This document shows, piece after piece, positions 39,746-52,936 of a DNA stretch of 64,000 bases. The notes beneath the pieces were generated by a model. That model saw only the letters and a list, made by a program, of their open reading frames with translations. It did no database searches and was not told the DNA's origin. Each line of letters begins with the position of its first letter. Positions within the stretch are counted from its first letter, which is position 1. The stretch is from Carcharhinus amblyrhynchos (taxonomy: Eukaryota), in contig OZ336878.1 of NCBI GenBank assembly GCA_965287045.1, forward strand, positions 42,160,001-42,224,000, in the 5' to 3' direction. Both the position numbers and the translations under genes were made by a program.

Positions 39746-41202
39746 ATGTCATTCAGGCAAAACCAAATATTCTGCAGAAAAAAACTCAACTCAATAATTG
39801 AATAAAAAATCAAGTGCATCATATTAAGCCTCAGGTTCCCAGCCAATAAGTCGATCTCTCTGACCAAATATTTTACAAAGATTTTGAAAAGTATGCATGC
39901 CACTCTGAGTCAAAATACAGAACAAGAAAGGCACATTCATCTACAATTATAAATTACCTTCCATGACCTCAAAAGTAGTCTCAAAGCAGCAATGAAGTAT
40001 TTTTATATGTATTCACTATTGTAATGTTGTATTGTGCAATAGAAAATTTATACGTAGAAAAGTCTCATAAAAACATTGACACAGAAGACCAAATAATGTA
40101 TCTTAGATTAAGCAGTTTTTTCAGAATCATTTAATATTTCTTAGGATTTTCTGACCTTTTTGCTTTTAAGCAAGCAGGTGGCTTAAATTAGCATCACAAA
40201 ACGTTTAGAGAATTGATTACTTGCCATGTTTTATTTGCCAGTATAGACAGAACTGGTATAATTCTAAATTGTAAAATGTACTAAAAATGCAGCATTGGCT
40301 TTACTATAATGCAACTTGGAGCCATATTTTCACTGCCAGCTTGAATTCAATCCAGAGAAGACAAGGTTTTATACATGGGATCCAAACTTGCACAAGGAGC
40401 ATTGTACACTGTCTTCCAGAAATAACTAACTGAATAGTCGTCATATTGATCGTTAAAATTTAAACTGCAGTACAGATGGCTATCAAATATTAATTGTTAA
40501 AAATGTTGTCTTTTTTGGTTTTGCATTTTAGTTACACCATTAGATTTAGCTGTGATATTCTCCCATGGGCAAAAAGCCTGGCATAAATTGAAGAGTATCC
40601 TCAATTAAAGAGGAAGCTGCAATGAGGGAACAGTCTGAAAAACTTCCAAAAATACCAGATATCATAACATTCCCACCACCATCCTTTGGAAATATACATG
40701 ATCCTTTTGGGTTTATTTGTTGCAAGTGGAAACCAAACATATTATCTAACAGAAACAGGCAAGAAATCCAACTGGATTAGACTGTGCCATACATAGTAGC
40801 ATAACATAAAAAATTTAGAATCAACCGATGGCCTCAACTATACACAATTGTGAAAATCCCCACAACCAGGGATATTGTAAATAGAATATATGGAAATACC
40901 CCAAATTAATTTTTAAATATGAAAGAACTGAGAGTTTGGAAACAAAAAATTGAAACGGAATCTAAAAATAAAAGTATCTCATTGGTATTTCATTCCTAAA
41001 TCAATACTTAGCATTAAACATATAACCTTTCATAGAAGAAAAGACGTCCCTTTACCAAGATTCTGTTTATGTTCAGAAAGGTCAAATAAAGATTCTTAAT
41101 GGTTCAAACATATTCAAAACGTTGGTTTAAAGCTACAACCTGTAAGTAAGGGTTTACAATGTGTTAATAAAAAGCAAGTATATTTTATGAATTACAAAGT
41201 AC

Positions 41203-41334
41203 CTGATAGTCGAGGATGCTGAAACCCAAACCTTTGGAACCTTTATTCAGCTCAATCACCTTCACATCTGAAGTCCATAATGCTAATTCCCCAACTTCAT
41301 CCTCCTCTGCATTTGTCTCAGAATCCAAGTCCAC
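41203..41334 (-). CDS. PATJ: PATJ exon G (start of PDZ5, GLGF loop), 132 bp, phase 0->0
   Basis: ccaaaag|GTGGAC...TATCAG|gtactt; [30 protein letters not shown]. Confidence 0.95.
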
Positions 41335-42149
41335 CTTTTGGGGAAAAAAAATTCTCTGAAATTATAATTGTAGATAATGTGAATTCCCGGATCACAACCC
41401 TGCATTACATTGGCACTTGATCATTCACCAGCAGGCAAAATAGTGGTCAAGGTTTGTACTCAATTCCCAATTAAGGATCGTGGGCAGGTTCCCAGATTGG
41501 AGGGTCAATAGGAATTCCATCAATAACAACACAAGTCTACTGTCTGAGATAAGAACTGTTGATGCAAGTTAGAGAGAGAATGCCTCATAATGGAAGTGCT
41601 TTCTGAAGAGAAGTTTAAACTCAACAAAAAAGCCATACCTGCCAGGTCATCACCACTAAGCGTTAATCCCTTCGCTGGACAGCCAGTGACTGTATCTGTG
41701 GCTCAACAGCTATGGTGAGCAAGGAGAGGGTGAATCCTGACCACCTTAGACCCCTGGCTGTTCTGGTCTCACTAGGAGGCCTGCAAGCCGCATTCAATAT
41801 TTCTGCTCAATGGCTTAAATCAGCCACTTTATTAACTTAATAGTCTACTTGTCACTTGTAGCAGGGGAGCCACCAACAGTCCCACTATCACCCGGCCCCG
41901 CCCAGAAGTAAAGCAGCACAATAGCAGTAGACCAGCACATGGACCAGTGTCAGGAAATTGCTGTCCATCTGCTTACATTCCCACCTCCACAGCCATTTCA
42001 TAACATGGTTCATAGTCCTCAATCAAAGACTATTTTTGTTTTGTCAGTGAAAGATTTTAGTTTCATTTCTGGGCAGTGGAAACTCTTTCACAAAGGTCAT
42101 CTTCCTATATCAGCAACCCATATTTTCAGATCAGCTGAAATGCAAGAAT

Positions 42150-42290
42150 CTGAAGTGATGATAAATACGCAGGGTTATGGGGATAGGGCGGAGGAGAAGA
42201 CTTCGGTGAGATGCTGTTTTGGAGAGTCGGTGCAGATTCGATGGGTCGAATGGCCTCCTTTTGCACTGCAGGGATTCTACGGTTCTGTGT
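42150..42290 (+). mobile_element. HE1-like SINE 3' part
   Basis: gagtcggtgcagattcgatgggtcgaatggcctccttttgcactgcagggattcta. Confidence 0.8.
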
Positions 42291-44676
42291 TTTACTTTAC
42301 CACAATATGATTTCGTTTTGACCATAACAAAGGATCCACTATTGCACTGGTGTATTTTGTCCACTTTCTAAGTAATTTCTGAATGAAACTGATTCTGACC
42401 ATTTGGGCCAATCTAAATCAAATTCTGTGAATATATTTGTGTTGTGGCTAATATCCTATGATTTAGATTGTCCAAATCATTTCGTATGGTACCCTTACAA
42501 TGAGAAGCAGATTTTCCTCTCATCTGTATTAAAAGTATGTGCAGCGCTGTACAAATCAAGATGAAGCAATTGGTGTAAAGTTTAGAAGTAAGTGACCATA
42601 TTCTTGAGTTTATCTCCCACACAGCTAAGTTCAAAATCAATGTTGCTTTGGCTGAAATAATTATGCATATTTTACATTGAAATCAAAACTACTTTGTAAT
42701 ATTCTAAAATGTGCAGTACAACTTCCAAGTAAGAGCAATCTTCAGTGGCTCAAGGCCATTGTACATTGGAGAGATGCAAGTAAAGGGCCAGGATTCTCCA
42801 AATAGCAGTGTCCAGAAAGGCCAGAACATCATAGAAGGAAAGGAGAGAGAGAAGTTGTTCTGGCCGCTCCCACAATTAAGCTAGATATGGAAATTCTGGG
42901 TAAGAGCGAGCTAATTTAAACAAAAGCTCAAGAGTTTTATTGAATATACACTCACTCCACCTCCCCATTTCATTCAAGTTTAATAATGCAATTTTCAACA
43001 GAAATCTGGTCCTCCATATTTACCTGGCTGATACAATTCTCACTATTCCAGGGAGATGGTGGCCTAATTACTGGATCAACGTTCTCTGCAGCCTAAGGAA
43101 GACAACATACAATATTTGATGATTCAAGACCAGATTCTTTTACAGGCAGTAACAAATGATAAGGGGTGCTCAAACAGGCATATCTTGTCCAGGGCAACAT
43201 GCACAAATCTCAGACTAGATACTTTGAAAAATTTCAAACAATATACTGCATTCATTGCAACAATCTTTTCTCAACATTACAGAGAAAAATAACATTTTGA
43301 CAAAAAACTGAAAGCCAATGTCTGACTGGATTACTTTGTCAAGCAGGTTAACAAGTGAGCAAAAAAACATGATTGTTTTGAAGTATAAATCCATTGGGAA
43401 AATGCATCAAAAGGCAAAAGTGATTATTTTATTCCAAAAGGATAGTCAGACTTCAGCACATTACTTTGTTCACTTTTAAAACCAAGCAGAAATAGTTAAC
43501 ATGTAGCCTGAACAAAATTTCTGAAGTATTTGAGGCCAGATAAAAGATCAAAGACCAGTCAGAAATGTGAAAAGCAAATTAAAAACTAATTAATAAAATA
43601 GAAATGCACAGTCAGGCACCTGCATGCGGCGGGAGATGACAGGTAAGAATATCACATGGTAATATGGATAGATGGTGGTATGGCAACATCCTAAATCATG
43701 ACATTTGTCTTCCTGATGCTGGTGGTCAAATCAAACTCCTTGCCATCATGGCAGAGTCTATCCATTTGCCACTAAAGGTCTTCCTTGCAGAATGCTGACA
43801 TGGCATCATCTGCATAAAGCAACTCTCAATAAGGGCTTGGCACATTTTTGAGCAAAGCTGATCAGCTTTCTGTCAGTCTGGTATGTAAAGTAGTCACTTT
43901 TTGTAGATGATCCGAGGATGTATGACAGCAGCAAAGACAAGAAAATGTCAAAGGAATACTGGTGCCAGAACAGGACCCTTTTTAACCCACTGCTGATCTT
44001 TAAGGATTCCAATTCTGCCTCATCATAGCTGACATTATCCATCACCCATCATTCTGTCATGCAAAGAGGAGTTCATATTGAGGTTCAGACCAGCAGTTAT
44101 CATCAGTTTAAATAAGAGGCCTCTGCTCATATAGTCAAACATTTTGATAAAATCAATGAAGGAAATATAGAGTTATCATTTCACTCATAGCATTTCTCTT
44201 GCAACTGATGACTGGGAAGGTCATGTTGAATGTTGATATCTCAGTTCTGAAATCACACTGGTTTTTGGAATTCATGTATTTGGCCTGAATCTGCAGTCTG
44301 ACAAGAGCAATATGGGTAAATACTTTGCTTAGCAAGGAGATGCCACAATAGCTGTTGCAATTTCTGTGCTCATCCTGTCCTTGAACAGACTCACAATCTT
44401 TGCATTATGCACGTCAGGGGGCACTGCTCCCTCCCTCCAGCAGATAAGAAAATGTTTGTGCAGATGCTGCACAAGTGCTGGTTTCCTATGTTTGATGAGG
44501 TCTGGTGATATAGCATAATCACCTGGAGCTTTGCCAATGGCACATAAGTCAATGCCTTTTCTAAGTCTTCCACTGTGTGTTCAATATCCAGCTCTTCCAT
44601 GGTAAGCAGACTCTCTATGATGTCCAGAGCTTCCTCAGCAATCATATTCTCCCTAGAACACAACTTAACATAGTGG

Positions 44677-45014
44677 TCCATAGAATCCCTATAGTACAGA
44701 AGGAGGTCATCAAATTTGCACCGACTCTGCAAAAGAATTTCTTACCCTGGCTCGCTCACTCACTCCCCTATCCCTGTGCAATTACCATGGTTAATCCACC
44801 TAATCTGCACATCCTTGGACCCTAAGAGGCAATTCAGCATGGCCAATCCACCTAACTTGCACATCTTGTGGCTGTGGGAGGAAACCAGAACACCTGGAGA
44901 AAACCCACACATATATGGGAAAAATGTGCAAGCTCCACACAGACTCACCCAAGGCCAGAATTGAACCCCAGTCCCTGGCACTGTGATACAGCAATGCTAA
45001 CCACTGTGCCACCC
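44677..45014 (-). mobile_element. HE1-like V-SINE inside the RTE
   Basis: tRNA head gtggcacagtggttagc..gggttcaattc, V-core, CR1-type tail; RTE frame KQLERW|DHYVKL resumes. Confidence 0.9.
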
Positions 45015-46099
45015 ATCTCTCCAACTGTTTAATGCAGTCCAACTGTTTATCGACCTCCCCTTTGTTGGCAATGTACTTGTTCATCTTTTTGATCCAGTCA
45101 AACATGCTCCTAATATCCTCTCTGTCGAGCAACATCTGGATATTCTAGTAAAGTTGTAATCAGTAGCTCTTGAAGCAGCACTTAGTGGGCTGTTGGGTTT
45201 TACTCTGAGCGGCTATTAGTGCATTCAGAATCTTCCAACTCAGATCTCTCCTGTATTTAATGAGAGCAGATTACTTGGCTTCAATGATAGTGTCAATTCC
45301 AAGATGTTAGCCTCAGTCAGCACTTTTCAGCTTTTGCTTCCCAAATGTTGAGATTGCCTTCTTAAAAATGGTGTCTCAAGGTTTGTTCTACTTCTTGTGT
45401 GGGAATGCCAGAAATTGCCTACTCAATTCAGTTGAGAAACTGCCAATTCTTATGTGGGTAGGCGGTATGGCTGATTTTGATACAAGAATGGTCTTTCTGC
45501 TTTGAGTGAAAAACCTTCCAAGATTTGCATCTGTATTGCAGTCTGTGGCAGCTGTGCATATTGAGAATGTTGTTGAGAAAGTTACATCTGGCAATGATCA
45601 GGTTCAGCTGATGTCAATGTTTTGACCTCAGATGCCTCGAGGCCACCTTGTGCATGTCTTGTTTTGAAAGAAAGTACTAGTAACACAAAGTTCTTGGTAG
45701 CAGCAAAGCTCAAGCAATCACTGTCAATTTTCTGTTATCTTTAATGTGCTAGGATGTCTGCAGCAGGAGGGCCATAATTCATAGTTTGCACCCACTTTTT
45801 CATCAAAATCATCCAGCAGCTAAAGATGTGCTGATTTGAGAATTCAGCCACTGCAGTATCAAGCTCCTCACATCTCTGTAATGGTGCAGAGGTTTGGAGC
45901 CTAGATGTTAAGTAGCCCTCTGAGTTGAAAGGCAGATACAGAGAACACATTCTGAATTATTTGTGGCTGGAAGGAGTTGTTCTGATGAGAGCTTCTTACA
46001 ATGAAGTCCACATCCTACCCACACTTTCCTTCTGAACTTTTTCCATGCTGGATAAAGATGTAAAACTGTTCTTACAGTAGTCCACTCTTGAAGATCCTT

Positions 46100-46784
46100 G
46101 GGTGAGATTCTCCCAAAAATATTTTAAGCGCCAAATTTGCGTAAAAATTGAAGTAAATCCCGCTGGTCTTTCAGCAGGATTTTCAAAATGAATCTCCCAC
46201 ACTCTGTGATGCACAGAGTGCCTTAGCATGAATCACAGGGCCGATTCCCACTGTACAGGGGGCGGGGCCTAAACCTGCTGAAAAAGCTGAGCAGGCCGCT
46301 GTGCACGTGCTGATCTGTCAACGCTGAGATCGGCGCATGCGCAGAAGCCCTGCACTGCCTGTCTCCCAGTTGCTGGCCAGCTCAATCACTGGCCAGCTCC
46401 ACAACTCCGCGTCATTGGCCATAAGACGCCTCCACCTCCACCAGCCGATCATTGACCTCCCTGCCTCGACCTAGATCCACCCACCACCCCGCCGATAGTC
46501 CCAATCTCCCGCTCCTCTCACCACCCCCCTGCAGTCCCGCTCGCTGCCCCATAGCCCCAGAGACTTCTGTTCCAGAACTGCTAATGAGACACAAATCTCC
46601 ATTTAAATGATTTATTCAGCTCTGTGCCAATTCCCAGCACGGAGTTGATGACGCCGGAAATCTGGCAGCTGGAGATGAGTGGAGGCCATGGTGCCCAGCA
46701 GGAAGCCCACTGCACGGCCGCCGCTGATCTCTCCCAACCCACTTCTCTGCTAGAGTAGTGCAGCAGGCTGGGAGAATCTCCTCG
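46100..46784. mobile_element. Non-autonomous DNA transposon (MITE), possibly Harbinger-type
   Basis: Inverted termini gagattctccca / tgggagaatctc, CpG-rich interior, interrupts the RTE endonuclease frame; TSD unclear. Confidence 0.7.
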
Positions 46785-47057
46785 TTACCTTTTGTCAGGA
46801 AGCATCGTCGATGTTCAGTCTACCAAGTTCCATATTGATCACAATTGCCTTATGCATGTTTCCACTAGCTGCAAGTTGTCTCTCAGTCCCATGCACATGG
46901 TCCTGAGATTCCAGTTTGCCAATAAATTATTAGCAGATTCTTTATTTTTGTTTGTTTGTCTGATGTAAGGTATTCAGTTCATTTGTTGAGGAGAGACAAC
47001 CTGCAGCACCCATTCTTTACATTAATCAAGTTGGGCCCATCACATTTAGGTACTGTC

Positions 47058-47412
47058 TTTGATTTGATTTATTATTGTCACATGTATTAACATACAGTGA
47101 AAAGTATCGTTTCTTGCGCAGTATACAGACAAAACATACCAATCACAGAGAAGGCAACGAGAGAGTGCAAAATGTAGTGTTATAGCCATAGCTATGGTGT
47201 GCAGAAAGATCAAAGGTCCATTCAGAAGTCTGACAGCAGCAGGGAAGAAGCTGTTCTTGAGACGGTTGGTACGTGACCTTTGACTTTTGCATCTTTTTCC
47301 CAAAAGACGAAGGTGGAAGAGAGAATGTCCGGGGTGCGAGGGGTCCTTAATTATGCTGGCTGCTTTGCTGAGGCAGCGGGAAGTGTAGACAGAGTCAATG
47401 GATGGGAGGCTG
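47058..47412 (-). mobile_element. Rex1/Babar-type LINE 3' end
   Basis: LPSIDSVYTSRCLSKAASIIKDPSHPGHSLF..RTNRLKNSFFPAAVRLLN; tail gtgacaataataaatcaaatcaaa. Confidence 0.85.
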
Positions 47413-48086
47413 GAAAATTGCAAAAAAAAAGAGGCTGCAAAGTTGTGTGAATGTTTTGAGCCAAAATAGGAGTATCCTCTCAAGAGTTCAAGCCTGGACA
47501 AAGCTTCCACGAATCCTGAGCAGCCCAAATGTCAAGGTCCCTGCCTCGACCTTTCCTGTTGGGTCTCAAGGAATGCAAAGAACTACATTTGGCAGCAACT
47601 CGGTTGCACAAGTTGTCAGAAAGATGACATTTTGAGACAGCAGTTCACATTTGGGCTCCAAAATAGATTTTATGTCAGGGTCTGCTCCCTCACTGATATC
47701 CCAGGATACACAGAAGACGGCTATTCGTCAGTAGCTGGGTGTTTGTTCACGAGTGCCACAGCACATCCGCATGCCAGAGGGTCTGCACACTTTGAACGTC
47801 TGGGGGGTCAAACCTCCTCCGAGTTCTTCTGAAGCTTTAACCTGGAACCATGGTCGACCAGGTTTCTTTGTATTGCTACAAGGAACACAACAGGGGAGCA
47901 GAGTGCATTGACAGGGAGAGACATTCTCCTTTTTGCATTATTGCTGGCCAATGCTGCAGGCTAAAAATGAAAAGTAAATAAGAACATTGAAAGTGGGAAG
48001 TAAGCTAACCTCTCTTCACCTACACATCAGATGCATCACATCAACATGCAGGATAAACATCTATGTCTTAATGACTTTTAACTCAC

Positions 48087-48248
48087 CTGGGAAGCTGCAC
48101 TGTCCATAACACTGGCTTCATCCACAGGGATTTCTTTATCATTCTCCAATAGTTGCCGACAACAGACCAAAGTAAAAGGAGCAGCAGCCTCTTTCAGAAA
48201 GCAAACCACCTCACGTCGCGATTTTCCATACAGCTGCTTTCCATTCAC
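48087..48248 (-). CDS. PATJ: PATJ exon F (second half of PDZ4), 162 bp, phase 0->0
   Basis: tttcag|GTGAAT...TCCCAG|gtgagt; [31 protein letters not shown]. Confidence 0.95.
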
Positions 48249-48879
48249 CTGAAAGGCAGTCAAATATTTTAGTTCCCCTATATGTCATATTTAATAGAGT
48301 TTTTTAAATGATGAAATCAAAATAGAATTAGTTTTTATTCCTCAAGATGCTTCTAAAAATTTACCAGAATACACAAAACATACCTGCAAGTTATCATTCA
48401 ACTTCACTTGTACAAATTCTTACATCACATAGCATTTTCTGATGTTATGCACTTGGCATACAGACGTAAATCACTAAACTTCAGTCCACAAATGATCAGT
48501 TTGCAATTTACATTAGTCATCAAGTGACAGGACCAGGACTATTGAGAGACTCCACTAGTGTGCTGCTTATTCTCTCAAAAGTGGTATTTCAATAACTTGA
48601 TAGTGTTACTTTAAATTTCCTCCTCCATAGCTAATTGTCAAATTAGGAACAACGAAGGCTGACAGTTTAGCCAACTTTATCAGCAACTAACTCTTACAAA
48701 ATTTGGGTTCCTTATGATGAAAACTATAGCGTTCTTCTTCGACGCAGTAAAACAAATCTCAATATTAATTTTGACCAATTAGTATGACTCAACCAGCAGC
48801 AAAAGAAAATTAGAAAATGGTGCAAAAGGCAAAACATCACCCTAAACTTTCATAAATAGCAACATACATCATACTACAT

Positions 48880-50190
48880 AGAGTGGTACAGTGGCACAGT
48901 AGTTAGCACTGCTGCCTCACAGCAGCAGGGGCCTGGGCTTGATTCCCAGCTTGGAGTCTGCACATTCTCCCCATGTCTACACAGGTTTCCTCTGAGTTCT
49001 CTGGTTTCCTCCCACAGTCTGAAAGACATGCTGGTTATGTGCATTGGCCATGCTAAATTTTCCCTCAGTGCACCAGAACAGGCACCAGAGTATGGAGACA
49101 AGGGGGTTTTACTGTAACTTCATTGTAATGTTAATATAAGAACATAAGAACATAAGAAATAGGAGCAGGAGTAGGCCATCTAGCCCTTCGAGCCTGCCCC
49201 GCCATTCAATAAGATCATGGCTGATCTGTTGTGGCTCAGTTCCACTTTCCCGCCCTCTCCCCATAACCCTTAATCCCCTCTCTTATCAAGAACCCATCAA
49301 CCCGCTTCTTAAAAATATTTAGCGAGGCAGCCTCCACCACTTCAATGGGCAGAGAATTCCAGAGATTCACCACCCTTTGAGTGAAGAAGTTCCTCCTCAA
49401 CTCCGTTCTAAACCGCCTCCCCTTTATCTTGAGGCTGTGCCCCCTAGTCCTACTGTCTTTTTTGAGCGGGAAGAGTCTCTCCACCTCTATCCTATCCATC
49501 CCATTCATCATCTTATACGTCTCAATGAGATCTCCCCTCATTCTTCTAAACTCTAACGAGTACAAGCCTAGTTTATTCAGCCTCTCCTCATAGCTCAATC
49601 CCCTCAACTCCGGTATCAGCCTAGTAAACCTCCTCTGCACTCCCTCCAGGGCCAAAATATCCTTGCGCAGGTGCGGCGCCCAAAACTGCACACAGTACTC
49701 CAGCTGCGGCCTCACCAATGCCCTATACAGCTGCAGCAAGACCTCCCTACTTTTATATTCAATCCCCCTCGCTATGAAGGCCAGCATCCCATTCGCCTTC
49801 CTGACCACCTGCTGCACCTGCAAGCTGGGTTTTTGCGACTCATGCACAAGGACCCTGAGGTCCCTCTGCACCGTCGCCTGCTGCAGTTTTTCGCCACGTA
49901 AGTAATAGTCCTTCCTACCATTCTTCCTACCAAAGTGGACCACCTCACACTTGCCAACATTAAATTCCATTTGCCATTTCCTGGCCCATTCGCCCAGCCT
50001 ATCTAGATCCTTCTGCAGACTCTCCACACCCTCCGCACAATTTGCCTTTCCCCCAATCTTGGTGTCATCAGCAAATTTCGACACCCTGCACTCGGTTCCC
50101 TCCTCCAGATCATCTATATAAATGGTAAATAGCTGAGGCCCCAGCACCGACCCCTGGGGCATACCTGTCACACCAATAAATAAACTTTAA
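48880..50190 (+). mobile_element. V-type SINE with its tail split by a CR1 (48880-49135 and about 50165-50190)
   Basis: Same family as 14193-14463; ..cattgtaatgttaat|CR1|..caataaataaacttt. Confidence 0.8.
49136..50165 (-). mobile_element. Very young CR1, 5'-truncated within RT
   Basis: Uninterrupted 311-aa ORF: PQGSVLGP, YIDDL, KFADDTK, LEYCVQFW, RRMRGDLI; CpGs retained; (ttcttatg)n tail. Confidence 0.97.
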
Positions 50191-50479
50191 AAAAAAACTT
50201 TATTGTGGGATGCCTGGAATCATTTTTCTTTCCCTTGATAAGGCTCTTTGGACTTAAACAATTAGAATTATGATCAAAGATTTCATAAAACTACACACCT
50301 GAAACTACCAAATAGTTAACAGTAACTGTGATAACTTGATTCTGCTCTGATAATGTGATTGTCACATGACTTTGCAGAACAGCAACGCTACAAAAATGTA
50401 TCTGACCTAAAAGAAAGATTTAATCATTACCAAACCACAGAGTGATATCACATGAATAACTTTTTTTTAAAAACTATAC

Positions 50480-50614
50480 CTCTAAAATTTCATCTTGTAA
50501 TTGTAATAATCTAGTTTGGCCTATTGGCCCATCAGGAACAATTGATGATATGTAATGATGTCCATCAAATGAGTCCAGCTCCACTCCAAACCTCAAGGTA
50601 TGAATTGGTAACAG
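50480..50614 (-). CDS. PATJ: PATJ exon E (first half of PDZ4), 135 bp, phase 0->0
   Basis: tttag|CTGTTA...TTAGAG|gtatag; [35 protein letters not shown] vs human [26 protein letters not shown]. Confidence 0.95.
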
Positions 50615-50759
50615 CTAAATTAAAACAAAAGTCAAATGTGAGGATCAATACACAAAATTGTCAATGTTTAAGATTTCCACTCAGCTAAGATCAATGTTTT
50701 TCTGTCCCGTCACTACATGTTCTTGTTGCATCATGAACACTGAAGTTAAAGAAAATTTG

Positions 50760-51200
50760 GGTGTCAGTGTTATCTCACTTATAACAATCTCAAATCAGAG
50801 TTAGAAGGTTATGGCTTCAAGCACTTGTACGGAAATATGAGCACATAAACTAAGTGGCACTTCACTGTAGCATTCAGGGAATGCTGCACTGTCAGAGGAA
50901 CTGTCTTTCAGATGATACAATAAGCAAAGAACATGTCTTCTCTTTCAGGAAAACATAAAAGTCATCAAGAACACTATTCAAAGAACAGCAGAGGAGTTCT
51001 TCTGGTGCCCTGTCAACTTTTATACCAACATATGAAATGGATAAATCCAACATTTACTTCACTAGGGCTATGGGACCCTGGTATGTGCAAGTTAGCGAAA
51101 TTACAATTGGCAATTAAATTTCAAAAAGTTCATCTTGTAAAATTTAAAACGCTTGGGGACACACTGAGGCCATTAAAGATTTTATTACAAATGCATATTT
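50760..51200 (+). mobile_element. DeuSINE (SacSINE1-like), decayed
   Basis: Deu-domain cagggaatgctgcactgtcagagg..gtctttcagatga..cactattcaaagaa..gagttct; L2-like tail. Confidence 0.7.
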
Positions 51201-51482
51201 CTTCTTCTTTCTCAAGAGTAAATAGGATTTTGTAACAAAGATTCACCTTTCAACCGAAACTTTGATCGTAAATTAGTCTTATCATTTTTAAATTCCAATA
51301 CACAATAAAACATATAGGGGCAAATTTTCCTGTTCCACCCTCACAGGGATTGTAGTGGGCGAGGGGCAGACATTGAAAGATCCTTTGACCTTGGGTGGCT
51401 TTTCCTATTTCAGGGCCAGCATTGCTGGAACATCCTGCCCAAATGACCAAACTATTTTGATTTTTCATTAAATTTATAGGTT

Positions 51483-52431
51483 TTGATATTATTTTTGCAA
51501 TAAGTTACAGTAATGAGGTTTTAAAGTTTGTGATATTTTGGGACTGTGTCATTAATTTAAAAACAAAAATAATGAAGGGCGGGGGGGTCACATAACCTAT
51601 TCTGAACACTATCCGACACAAGCCTGAGTGGTTTGTTTGTTAGGGGTTATATTTCTAGGAAAAAGGTGCAACATCTTGACACTTGGAAACAATGGCAGCA
51701 GCATATGTGCTAAGTGCGGATAAACTGTGACTTCCCAAAGTCCAAGAAACATGTTGAGAATATTGGGTCATAAACTTCAAATTGTCCATTTACTTGCAAA
51801 ATAAAATGTGTTGAACTTGCGGTGATGGCTAATCACCATTTCCTTCTGGTTACAAGGCTCATGAGATTCATGTTGCCATGGAGATTGAAACCTTTCCCCT
51901 TTCAAAGCATTAGGTATCTGTGAAATTCACAGGCAAGGTTAATCTGCCAGGATCCATGACAGGGAAAGCAGCAACTGGACTCAAGATGCTGTGATTCACT
52001 AGAAAGGAGTGTGGGTTGAAGCTCCTGCTTGCATTGTGACTAGTTGAAACAAGACAGAGGAGTAGCATGAGATAGAAAAATAATCTCTGGGAGAAGAAAA
52101 CCTCACTGTGAATGACAAATTAAAAATTCCCAGGCTGTGAAAGCAAAGGGCAAAAGTCAATCTTCAGGGACACCTTGTCATTGTTGTACAAGAATTTAAT
52201 GTCTATTAAAGACAGAGTATATTTGTGAAATACATTTTCAGTTATGTGAAAAGAAAATGAGGAATGTTTATTTTGAGGTTTAAAGTATAAGTTGCTTATA
52301 AAAATAATGTTTAGTCTTTTATTACATTAAAAGTCTTAAAACATGAAATCTTGTTGTGTCATTCGTTCAGTGATTAACAGGAAGTTCATATTTATTTTTA
52401 AAAGTTATCCATCTCGATGGAGATCATAACA
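51483..52431. mobile_element. Probable solo LTR
   Basis: About 950 bp, tga.. start and gatcataaca end, attaaa near the end, no coding remnants. Confidence 0.45.
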
Positions 52432-52936
52432 AACAGTTGCACGGAAGAATCGAGCAAATATCCAAATAAACAATAAATATTCTAGTCTTCTGGCTGCTTT
52501 CTTAAAAATGGAGATGAACTTTATTATACTTACCATCATATAATCCCTTGTTTCTAGTTGAAACTAATACATCCAAACTGCACTTTGGTGCAAAGATTCC
52601 TCAAGGGGGTGGAGATTATTCAGCTTCTATATTGCTTCCTGTTGGGAACTACTCATGAACTCTGCAATGAATTGGTTTTCTCACAACTTTCACCTTCAGG
52701 TAACACTTACTCACTAATAACTTGCTCATCAATGCTTAGTTTGGGTACCCCTTTTCAACCCACACTGCCTTCTAGTGAACCACAGCATCTTGAGTCCAGT
52801 TGTCATGGATCCTGGCAGACCAACCTTGCCTGTGAGTTTCACAGATACCTTAGGCTTTGAAAGGGGAAGGGTTTCCATCTCCATGGCAACATGAATCCCA
52901 TGAGCCTTGTAACCAGAAAAAAATGGTGATTAGCCA
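51826..52936. repeat. Inverted duplication (51826-52020 / 52755-52936)
   Basis: About 90% identical by eye over about 183 bp, with one 12-bp indel. Confidence 0.92.

Larger units (their letters stand above)
43660..47900 (-). mobile_element. RTE LINE (5'UTR, endonuclease, RT start), decayed, with three nested inserts
   Basis: ANWNLRTM..ELGRLNID; HYVKLCSREN..EELDIEHTVEDLEKA; NSYCGISLLSKVF; NQCDFRTEIST. Confidence 0.85.
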
